The position numbers and the translations under genes were made by a program. Below the pieces are notes generated by a model. The model was not told the origin of the DNA, did not search any database, and saw only the letters and a program-made list of their open reading frames with translations. From Botryllus schlosseri (taxonomy: Eukaryota), in the NCBI GenBank assembly GCA_051294905.1, contig CM119371.1, positions 35,032,001 through 35,096,000 of the forward strand: 64,000 nucleotides of DNA. The letters run 5' to 3'. The number at the start of each line of letters is the position of its first letter. Position 1 is the first letter of the stretch. Below are positions 52,852 through 62,700 of this stretch, piece by piece.

Positions 52852-55800
52852 ATGGCAGAAAGGATTCTGAAACCAGACAAGCTCGATATCAGTCCGGACT
52901 CCGTCTCTGCTGAAAAACAGTACAAGCATTGGAAGAAGACCTTCGATAATTTTCTTTCATCATTTGATCAAGATACACAGATTGACAAGCTGAAGATCTT
53001 AACGAATTTCGTGTCGTCGTCTGTCTATTCCTATTTTGAAGAAAGTTCGACTTACGATACCGCAATAGAACTTCTCGACAAAATTTATATCAAGCAAAAG
53101 AACGAAATCTTCGTCCGCCACATGCTAGTAACCCGTATTCAGAAGCCCGAAGAGACGATCGAGGAATTTTCCCGCGCCTTGGCAGATCTAGCGAAAGATT
53201 GCACATTCAAGACTCTCTCGGCGGAAGATCATCGCAAGGAGTCCATCCGCGACGCTTTCGTTACTGGTCTCCGATCAAACGTTATCAGACAGAGATTATT
53301 AGAAAGTGACGGGGCTGTAACCCTCGAAATGGCGATCTCAAAAGCCCGCTCATTAGAATTCGCCCAGCGAAGCTCTAGTATCTATTGCAGCACTCCATGT
53401 TCATCTGTCGGCGTCGAACCGCTGGAAAAATCTTTGAATCCTGAAGTCGAACTATCATCCGCAGAAACTCACAGTCGACTCAACGCAATGAGCAAAACAA
53501 TCAAACCTAATCGGAAGTGCTTTTTTTGCGGTCAGTCATTCCACTCCCGATATAAATGTCCAGCGAAACGGAGCGAGTGTGGCTATTGTGGAGCCCTAGG
53601 TCATTATGAGGTGGTTTGCATGAGAAAGGCCACCGACAACAGGAGAACAGTAACTGCAATGATCTCATACTTCAGCGCCATCGGAGTACCCAAATGTCTC
53701 ATAAAAGCAAGAATCGTGGTTAAGATCGGCTGCCACATAACATTTGCTTTAATCGACTCCGGTTCCGCGGAAAGCTTCATAAGCACTGCATACGCCAACG
53801 AAATTGACCTGAAATCAACTCCGTACTCCTCTACGGTTACATTTGCTTCCAAATCCCATTCCCGCAAGATTGAAGAACTCTACAGACCAGACATTCTTGT
53901 AAACGAAACGAAATATACGGAATTCCCTCTTAAAGGAATGGAAGATTTGTGCGCTGATGTGGTGCTTGGTCTCGATTTCATGAACTTGCATAAACGAGTC
54001 ATTTTCAATATGGACGGAGATAGAGATACCTTGGAACTCCCTCGAGATCAGAAGTACAGTGTATGCGGAGTTGCTCAAGCGTGTGTCGAAGCACCGCAAA
54101 TTTTCAAGTTTATGACACCGAATTGTAAACCGATTGCCACTAAATCCAGAAGATACAGCGAAGCCGATCTACATTTCATTAAAGCGGAAGTTGCGAAACT
54201 CGAGAAGGAAGGAATCATCGAGCCGTCCTCATCGCCTTGGCGAGCACAGGTTCTTGTTGTAAATGACGGTCGACACAAGAAGCGCATGGTCATCGACTTC
54301 TCTCAGACGGTCAACAGGTACACCTTACTAGACGCCTATCCTTTACCAAGGATCGATGACCAAGTCAACAACATCGCCCGTTTCAAAGTTTTCAGTACGT
54401 TAGATCTGAAGTCCGCGTATTATCAAGTGGCTCTATCACCTGATGATCGTCCGTATACGGCATTCGAAGCCGCTGGAAATCTTTACCAATACCGTCGATT
54501 GCCATTTGGAGTCACCAACGGAGTTTCGGCATTCCAAAGAATAATAGACAACGTCATAAAAGACAACAAGCTCACTGGCACCTTCGCTTATCTGGATAAT
54601 ATTACTGTTTGCGGTATGGATAAGGACGACCACGATCGGAATCTCGACGCGTTTCTCAATGCTGCTCAGCGATTCAGCCTCACTTTCAATCATTCGAAGT
54701 CGATCATCCGTTCTACGGAAATAGACTTGCTCGGTTATCGCGTGTCGCATGGCGTGATCAAACCGGACCCAGAAAGACTAAAGCCGTTAATCGATTTATT
54801 GCCGCCACGCAACAACCCAGAACTAAAACGAGTGTGTGGCATGTTTGCCTACTATGCCAAATGGTTGCCCAACTTTTCCGACAAAATCCGTCCTTTGTAT
54901 TCAGTCGAAAAATTTCCGCTTTCCGAAAATGCATCTATCGCATTTAACGATTTAAAACGCGAGTTAGTTGACGCGTCTCTTGGTAGGATCGACGAGACAA
55001 GTCCGTTCACAATAGAGTGTGATGCTTCTAATGCAGCCATTGCAGCTATCCTTAGTCAAAACGGTCGACCGGTCGCGTTCATGTCAAAAGCACTATCGCC
55101 AAGTGAAATACGCTACTCCTCTGTTGAGAAAGAAGCGTCCTCAATTATCGCGGCAGTTCGTAAATGGGCTCATTTTTTACATGGCAGACATTTCACTCTT
55201 GTTACTGACCAGAGATCTGTCGCGTTTATGTTTGACGGCAAATCTAAAGGTAAAATCAAAAATACCAAAATCCAACTGTGGCGTGTCGAACTTGGTCAAT
55301 TTTCGTATGATATCGTACACAAACCGGGGGCACTGAATGTTGCGGCTGATATGTTTTCGCGGACCACATCTTCGTATTGCGCATCGATCTCACCCTGTGA
55401 GTTGGGTTCTAATCTAAATCGCATACACGACACTCTGGGTCATCCAGGAGTCACAAGGCTGCATCATTTCGTTCGTTCGAAAAATCTCTCGTTCTCCCTA
55501 AATGACGTCCGTGAGACCTGCGCTCGTTGCCGCATTTGTGCTCAAATCAAACCAAATTTTTACAAATGCAATCCGCAAGTGCTTGTGAAAGCAACGAAAC
55601 CTTGGGAAAGAATCAACGTAGACTTCAAAGGGCCTTTGAAATCTAACAAATCCCCTTTCATGTTCGTTGTCATAGACGAATATAGTCGTTTTCCGTTCGC
55701 CTTTCCATGTCGCAACACTTCCGCGCTAACCGTCGTTTCGTGTTTGTCGACACTATTCGCTGTTTTTGGACTTCCGGGATACGTTCACAGTGACCGAGGC

Positions 55801-56172
55801 ACCGCTTTCGTGTCCAAGGAAGTCAAGGATTATTTACATTCTCGCGGGGTTGCAACTAGCTTCACTACTCCTTACCACCCAACAGGAAATTCGCAGTGCG
55901 AACGCCTTAATCAAACATTATGGCGAACCATCAAACTTATTTTGAAATCAACCGGGGTCTCAGAATCATGTTGGGCTGACGCCCTTCCTCATGCGCTACA
56001 TTCAGTTCGATCGCTACTTTGCACGTCAACTAATTCAACACCGCATGACCGATTTTTTTCCTTTCCAAGAAAAAGTATGGTGGGGAATAGCGTGCCATCC
56101 TGGCTATTGACACCGGGGCCAGTTTTCTTACGCAAATTCGTCAGAAACAAGGGCGACGAACTATGTTCTTAG
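52852..56172 (+). CDS. Gag-Pol polyprotein (gag with two CCHC knuckles, aspartic protease, RT, RNase H, integrase), ending at a probable premature TAG
   Basis: 1106-aa ORF. Two CX2CX4HX4C knuckles (53518-53619). Protease LIDSGS. RT motifs SPW, LDLKSAYYQV, LPFG, YLDN. RNase H motifs CDAS, EKE, TDQ, ADMFSR. Integrase HDTLGH...CRIC, VDFKGP, HSDRG, GNSQCER. Confidence 0.95.
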   Translation: MAERILKPDKLDISPDSVSAEKQYKHWKKTFDNFLSSFDQDTQIDKLKILTNFVSSSVYSYFEESSTYDTAIELLDKIYIKQKNEIFVRHMLVTRIQKPEETIEEFSRALADLAKDCTFKTLSAEDHRKESIRDAFVTGLRSNVIRQRLLESDGAVTLEMAISKARSLEFAQRSSSIYCSTPCSSVGVEPLEKSLNPEVELSSAETHSRLNAMSKTIKPNRKCFFCGQSFHSRYKCPAKRSECGYCGALGHYEVVCMRKATDNRRTVTAMISYFSAIGVPKCLIKARIVVKIGCHITFALIDSGSAESFISTAYANEIDLKSTPYSSTVTFASKSHSRKIEELYRPDILVNETKYTEFPLKGMEDLCADVVLGLDFMNLHKRVIFNMDGDRDTLELPRDQKYSVCGVAQACVEAPQIFKFMTPNCKPIATKSRRYSEADLHFIKAEVAKLEKEGIIEPSSSPWRAQVLVVNDGRHKKRMVIDFSQTVNRYTLLDAYPLPRIDDQVNNIARFKVFSTLDLKSAYYQVALSPDDRPYTAFEAAGNLYQYRRLPFGVTNGVSAFQRIIDNVIKDNKLTGTFAYLDNITVCGMDKDDHDRNLDAFLNAAQRFSLTFNHSKSIIRSTEIDLLGYRVSHGVIKPDPERLKPLIDLLPPRNNPELKRVCGMFAYYAKWLPNFSDKIRPLYSVEKFPLSENASIAFNDLKRELVDASLGRIDETSPFTIECDASNAAIAAILSQNGRPVAFMSKALSPSEIRYSSVEKEASSIIAAVRKWAHFLHGRHFTLVTDQRSVAFMFDGKSKGKIKNTKIQLWRVELGQFSYDIVHKPGALNVAADMFSRTTSSYCASISPCELGSNLNRIHDTLGHPGVTRLHHFVRSKNLSFSLNDVRETCARCRICAQIKPNFYKCNPQVLVKATKPWERINVDFKGPLKSNKSPFMFVVIDEYSRFPFAFPCRNTSALTVVSCLSTLFAVFGLPGYVHSDRGTAFVSKEVKDYLHSRGVATSFTTPYHPTGNSQCERLNQTLWRTIKLILKSTGVSESCWADALPHALHSVRSLLCTSTNSTPHDRFFSFPRKSMVGNSVPSWLLTPGPVFLRKFVRNKGDELCS

Positions 56173-56520
56173 GTCGAACTTCTTGAAGCCAACCCGACTT
56201 ACGCACGTGTTCGTTTTCCTAACGGCCGCGAGTCCAACGTCTCACTCAACGATTTGGCCCGTTTTCCTACTGGAGAAGAAACACCGTCGACTAATCCTGA
56301 AACGAAACAAGCTGAACCTTGTTCTGTTGATGTCGATGGCCACGAGCCAATTCGCGAAGTTTCTAACGTTGAGTTGAAGTCATCTGATGAAGAGCCTCAA
56401 GAATCTAACCATTCAGAGGATGTACCAGATGATTCGAGTAGAAATCTAGACGTCGAGCTTCGGCGTTCAACTAGAGTTAGGCGCCAGCCGGAACGGTATG
56501 GTAATTTTGTTAGTCATTGA
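56173..56520 (+). pseudogene. In-frame continuation of the integrase C-terminus beyond the TAG (115 codons)
   Basis: Same frame as gag-pol: VELLEANPTYARVRFPNGRESNVSLNDLARFP, then an acidic linker, then LRRSTRVRRQPERYGNFVSH*. The basic RRSxR..P tail is typical of Gypsy integrase ends. Confidence 0.85.
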
Positions 56521-56559
56521 TATTTTTGTGTCATTTTTATATGTGAATTTACAAAATGC

Positions 56560-56572
56560 AAGGGGGGTAGAA
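56560..56572 (+). other. Polypurine tract (plus-strand primer)
   Basis: AAGGGGGGTAGAA abuts the TG of the 3' LTR. Confidence 0.9.
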
Positions 56573-56775
56573 TGTGGTGATCCGCAATTAGGCAATAATT
56601 ACTTTTCTCTGATTAGTTACGTTGTACAGTACAGTGTCGCCTTATCGTTACCGTGTCATTCTATTCTCTTCTGTTCTGCTGTCAGTTGTGTTCTATGTTG
56701 CTTAAAGCCACATTGGTTACCTTTGCTTTAATAAAGCTTCAGTTAGTCATTCAATGCAATAGTCAGTTTACGACA
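56573..56775 (+). repeat. 3' LTR (203 bp)
   Basis: Direct repeat of 52630-52832, preceded by the polypurine tract and followed by the TSD. Confidence 0.97.
56730..56735 (+). terminator. Polyadenylation signal AATAAA in the 3' LTR (5' LTR copy at 52787-52792)
   Basis: AATAAA 40 nt before the LTR end, within the small dyad GCTTT-AAT-AAAGC. Confidence 0.65.
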
Positions 56776-56780
56776 ACGTG
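56776..56780 (+). repeat. LTR element TSD, right copy (ACGTG)
   Basis: Matches 52625-52629. Confidence 0.95.
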
Positions 56781-59700
56781 TAACTTTGCGAAAGACGTTT
56801 GCCAGGTGATGATAATCGCGCAATTTCTCTGAAAAGTAGAGATGAAATTCGACTCGAACTAGACGGTAGAATTGGCTAAAACTCGGTTCGATTATGCATT
56901 GGGACAAGCCTCGACTCCTGAACATGGTTAAAAGTGGAGCACTTGTCTATGATAGAAATATCGGCGTCTTTAATCCGAGAGCTATACGTGTAACTTTGCG
57001 AAAGACGTTTGCCAGGTGATGATAATCGCGCAATTTCTCTGAAAAGTAGAGATGAAATTCGACTCGAACTAGACGGTAGAATTGGCTAAAACTCGGTTCG
57101 ATTATGCTTTGGGACAAGCCTCGACTCCTGAACATGGTTAAAAGTGGAGCACTTGTCTATGATAGAAATATCGGCGTCTTTAATCCGAGAGCTATACGTG
57201 TAATTTTGCGAAAGACGTTGGCCAGGTGATGATACTCGCGCAATTTCTCTGAAAAGTAGAGATGAAATTCGACTCGAACTAGACGGTAGAATTGGCTAAA
57301 ACTAGGTTCGATTATGCTTTAGGACAAGACTCGACTCCTGTACGTGGTTAAAAGTGGAGCACTTGTCTATAATAGAAATATCGGCGTCTTTAATCCGAGA
57401 GCTATACGTGTAATTTTGCGAAAAACGTTGGCCAGGTGATGATACTCGCGCTATTTCTCTGAAAAGTAGAGATGAAATTCGACTCGAACTAGACTGAAGA
57501 ATTGGCTAAAACTCGGTTCGATTATGCTTTGGGACAAATCTCGACTCTTGCACGTGGTTAAAAGTGGAGCACTTGTCAATAATAGAAATATCGGCGTCTT
57601 TAATCCGAGAGCTATACGTGTAATTTTGCGAAAGACGTTGGCCAGGTGATGATACTCGCGCTATTTCTCTGAAAAGTAGAGATGAAATTCGACTCGAACT
57701 AGACGGTAGAATTGGCTAAAACTCGGTTCGATTATGCTTTGGGACAAGCCTTGACTCCTGTTCGTGGTTAAAAGTGGAGCACTTGACTATAATAGAAATA
57801 TCGGCGTCTTTAATCCGAGAGCTATACGTGTAATTTGGCGAAAGACGTTGGCCAGGTGATGATACTCGCGCTATTTCTCTGAAAAGTAGAGATGAAATTC
57901 GACTCGAACTAGACGGTAGAATTGGCTAAAACTCGGTTCGATTATGCTTTGGGACAAGCCTCGACTCCTGCACGTGGTTAAAAGTGGAGCACTTGTAAAT
58001 AATAGAAATATCGGCGTCTTTAATCCGAGAGCTATACGTGTAATTTTGCGAAAGACGTTGGCCAGGTGATGATACTCGCGCAATTTCTCTGAAAAGTAGA
58101 GATGAAATTCGACTCGAACTAGACGGTAGAATTGGCTAAAACTAGGTTCGATTATGCTTTGGGACAAGACTCGACTTCTGTACGTGGTGAAAAGTGGAGG
58201 ACTTGTCTATAATAGAAATATCGGCGTCTTTAATCCGAGAGCTATACGTGTAATTTTGCGAAAGACGTTGGTCAGGTGATGATACTCGCGCAATTTCTCT
58301 GAAAAGTAGAGATGAAATTCGACTCGAACTAGACGGTAGAATTGGCTAAAACTCGGTTCGATTATGCTTTGGGACAAGCCTCGACTCCTGTACGTGGTTA
58401 AAAGTGGAGCACTTGTCTATGATGGAAATATCGGCGTCTTTAATCCGAGAGCTATACGTGTAACTTTGCGAAAGACGTTTGCCAGGTGATGATAATCGCG
58501 CAATTTCTCTGAAAAGTAGAGATGAAATTCGACTCGAACTAGACGGTAGAATTGGCTAAAACTAGGTTCGATTATGCTTTGGGACAAGACTCGACTCCTG
58601 TACGTGGTTAAAAGTGGAGCACTTGTCCATAATAGAAATATCGGCGTCTTTAATCCGAGAGCTATACGTGTAATTTTGCGAAAGACGTTGGTCAGGTGAT
58701 GATACTCGCGCAATTTCTCTGAAAAGTAGAGATGAAATTCGACTCGAACTAGACGGTAGAATTGGCTGAAACTCGGTTCGATTATGCTTTGGGACAAGCC
58801 TCGACTCCTGTACGTGGTTAAAAGTGGAGCACTTGTCTATAATAGAAATATCGGCGTCTTTAATCCGAGAGCTATACGTGTAACTTTGCGAAAGACGTTT
58901 GCCAGGTGATGATAATCGCGCAATTTCTCTAAAAAGTAGAGATGAAATTCGACTCGAACTAGACGGTAGAATTGGCTAAAACTCGGTTCGATTATGCTTT
59001 GGGACAAGCCTCGACTCCTGAACATGGTTAAAAGTGGAGCACTTGTCTATGATAGAAATATCGGCGTCTTTAATCCGAGAGCTATACGTGTAATTTTGCG
59101 AAAGACGTTGGCCAGGTGATGATACTCGCGCAATTTCTCTGAAAAGTAGAGATGAAATTCGACTCGAACTAGACGGTAGAATTGGCTAAAACTAGGTTCG
59201 ATTATGCTTTAGGACAAGACTCGACTCCTGTACGTGGTTAAAAGTGGAGCACTTGTCTATAATAGAAATATCGGCGTCTTTAATCCGAGAGCTATACGTG
59301 TAATTTTGCGAAAGACGTTGGCCAGGTGATGATACTCGCGCCATTTCTCTGAAAAGTAGAGATGAAATTCGACTCGAACTAGACTGAAGAATTGGCTAAA
59401 ACTCGGTTCGATTATGCTTTGGGACAAATCTCGACTCTTGCACGTGGTTAAAAGTGGAGCACTTGTCAATAATAGAAATATCGGCGTCTTTAATCCGAGA
59501 GCTATACGTGTAATTTTGCGAAAGACGTTGGCCAGGTGATGATACTCGCGCTATTTCTCTGAAAAGTAGAGATGAAATTCGACTCGAACTAGACGGTAGA
59601 ATTGGCTAAAACTCGGTTCGATTATGCTTTGGGACAAGCCTTGACTCCTGTTCGTGGTTAAAAGTGGAGCACTTGACTATAATAGAAATATCGGCGTCTT

Positions 59701-62700
59701 TAATCCGAGAGCTATACGTGTAATTTGGCGAAAGACGTTGGCCAGGTGATGATACTCGCGCTATTTCTCTGAAAAGTAGAGATGAAATTCGACTCGAACT
59801 AGACGGTAGAATTGGCTAAAACTCGGTTCGATTATGCTTTGGGACAAGCCTCGACTCCTGCACGTGGTTAAAAGTGGAGCACTTGTAAATAATAGAAATA
59901 TCGGCGTCTTTAATCCGAGAGCTATACGTGTAATTTTGCGAAAGACGTTGGCCAGGTGATGATACTCGCGCAATTTCTCTGAAAAGTAGAGATGAAATTC
60001 GACTCGAACTAGACGGTAGAATTGGCTAAAACTAGGTTCGATTATGCTTTGGGACAAGACTCGACTTCTGTACGTGGTGAAAAGTGGAGGACTTGTCTAT
60101 AATAGAAATATCGGCGTCTTTAATCCGAGAGCTATACGTGTAATTTTGCGAAAGACGTTGGTCAGGTGATGATACTCGCGCAATTTCTCTGAAAAGTAGA
60201 GATGAAATTCGACTCGAACTAGACGGTAGAATTGGCTAAAACTCGGTTCGATTATGCTTTGGGACAAGCCTCGACTCCTGTACGTGGTTAAAAGTGGAGC
60301 ACTTGTCTATGATGGAAATATCGGCGTCTTTAATCCGAGAGCTATACGTGTAACTTTGCGAAAGACGTTTGCCAGGTGATGATAATCGCGCAATTTCTCT
60401 GAAAAGTAGAGATGAAATTCGACTCGAACTAGACGGTAGAATTGGCTAAAACTAGGTTCGATTATGCTTTGGGACAAGACTCGACTCCTGTACGTGGTTA
60501 AAAGTGGAGCACCTGTCCATAATAGAAATATCGGCGTCTTTAATCCGAGAGCTATACGTGTAATTTTGCGAAAGACGTTGGTCAGGTGATGATACTCGCG
60601 CAATTTCTCTGAAAAGTAGAGATGAAATTCGACTCGAACTAGACGGTAGAATTGGCTGAAACTCGGTTCGATTATGCTTTGGGACAAGCCTCGACTCCTG
60701 TACGTGGTTAAAAGTGGAGCACTTGTCTATAATAGAAATATCGGCGTCTTTAATCCGAGAGCTATACGTGTAACTTTGCGAAAGACGTTTGCCAGGTGAT
60801 GATAATCGCGCAATTTCTCTAAAAAGTAGAGATGAAATTCGACTCGAACTAGACGGTAGAATTGGCTAAAACTCGGTTCGATTATGCTTTGGGACAAGCC
60901 TCGACTCCTGAACATGGTTAAAAGTGGAGCACTTGTCTATGATAGAAATATCGGCGTCTTTAATCCGAGAGCTATACGTGTAATTTTGCGAAAGACGTTG
61001 GCCAGGTGATGATACTCGCGCAATTTCTCTGAAAAGTAGAGATGAAATTCGACTCGAACTAGACGGTAGAATTGGCTAAAACTAGGTTCGATTATGCTTT
61101 AGGACAAGACTCGACTCCTGTACGTGGTTAAAAGTGGAGCACTTGTCTATAATAGAAATATCGGCGTCTTTAATCCGAGAGCTATACGTGTAATTTTGCG
61201 AAAGACGTTGGCCAGGTGATGATACTCGCGCCATTTCTCTGAAAAGTAGAGATGAAATTCGACTCGAACTAGACTGAAGAATTGGCTAAAACTCGGTTCG
61301 ATTATGCTTTGGGACAAATCTCGACTCTTGCACGTGGTTAAAAGTGGAGCACTTGTCAATAATAGAAATATCGGCGTCTTTAATCCGAGAGCTATACGTG
61401 TAATTTTGCGAAAGACGTTGGCCAGGTGATGATACTCGCGCTATTTCTCTGAAAAGTAGAGATGAAATTCGACTCGAACTAGACGGTAGAATTGGCTAAA
61501 ACTCGGTTCGATTATGCTTTGGGACAAGCCTTGACTCCTGTTCGTGGTTAAAAGTGGAGCACTTGACTATAATAGAAATATCGGCGTCTTTAATCCGAGA
61601 GCTATACGTGTAATTTGGCGAAAGACGTTGGCCAGGTGATGATACTCGCGCTATTTCTCTGAAAAGTAGAGATGAAATTCGACTCGAACTAGACGGTAGA
61701 ATTGGCTAAAACTCGGTTCGATTATGCTTTGGGACAAGCCTCGACTCCTGCACGTGGTTAAAAGTGGAGCACTTGTAAATAATAGAAATATCGGCGTCTT
61801 TAATCCGAGAGCTATACGTGTAATTTTGCGAAAGACGTTGGCCAGGTGATGATACTCGCGCAATTTCTCTGAAAAGTAGAGATGAAATTCGACTCGAACT
61901 AGACGGTAGAATTGGCTAAAACTAGGTTCGATTATGCTTTGGGACAAGACTCGACTCCTGTACGTGGTTAAAAGTGGAGGACTTGTCTATAATAGAAATA
62001 TCGGCGTCTTTAATCCGAGAGCTATACGTGTAATTTTGCGAAAGACGTTGGTCAGGTGATGATACTCGCGCAATTTCTCTGAAAAGTAGAGATGAAATTC
62101 GACTCGAACTAGACGGTAGAATTGGCTAAAACTCGGTTCGATTATGCTTTGGGACAAGCCTCGACTCCTGTACGTGGTTAAAAGTGGAGCACTTGTCTAT
62201 GATGGAAATATCGGCGTCTTTAATCCGAGAGCTATACGTGTAACTTTGCGAAAGACGTTTGCCAGGTGATGATAATCGCGCAATTTCTCTGAAAAGTAGA
62301 GATGAAATTCGACTCGAACTAGACGGTAGAATTGGCTAAAACTAGGTTCGATTATGCTTTGGGACAAGACTCGACTCCTGTACGTGGTTAAAAGTGGAGC
62401 ACTTGTCTATAATAGAAATATCGGCGTCTTTAATCCGAGAGCTATACGTGTAATTTTGCGAAAGACGTTGGTCAGGTGATGATACTCGCGCTATTTCTCT
62501 GAAAAGTAGAGATGAAATTCGACTCGAACTAGACGGTAGAATTGGCTGAAACTCGGTTCGATTATGCTTTGGGACAAGCCTCGACTCCTGTACGTGGTTA
62601 AAAGTGGAGCACTTGTCTATAATAGAAATATCGGCGTCTTTAATCCGAGAGCTATACGTGTAACTTTGCGAAAGACGTTTGCCAGGTGATGATAATCGCG

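Larger units (their letters stand above)
52630..56775 (+). mobile_element. Full-length Ty3/Gypsy LTR retrotransposon, 4,146 bp, non-chromoviral, Mag-like gag
   Basis: TG...CA LTRs, 5-bp TSD ACGTG, polypurine tract, and a single gag-pol frame in PR-RT-RH-IN order. No env gene and no chromodomain seen. Confidence 0.97.

Noticed and set aside
52853..52866. TGGCAGAAAGGATT as a tRNA PBS
   Set aside because: It lies 20 nt from the LTR end and inside the gag codons, and I see no clean match to a tRNA 3' end. The self-complementary 16-mer occupies the true PBS position.
52311..56925. Small ORFs overlapping the LTRs or lying antisense or out of frame to gag-pol, and a possible env or chromodomain
   Set aside because: These are short shadow ORFs or satellite/LTR junction chimeras without motifs. 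The 56254-56520 ORF is the in-frame integrase tail and shows no chromodomain pattern.
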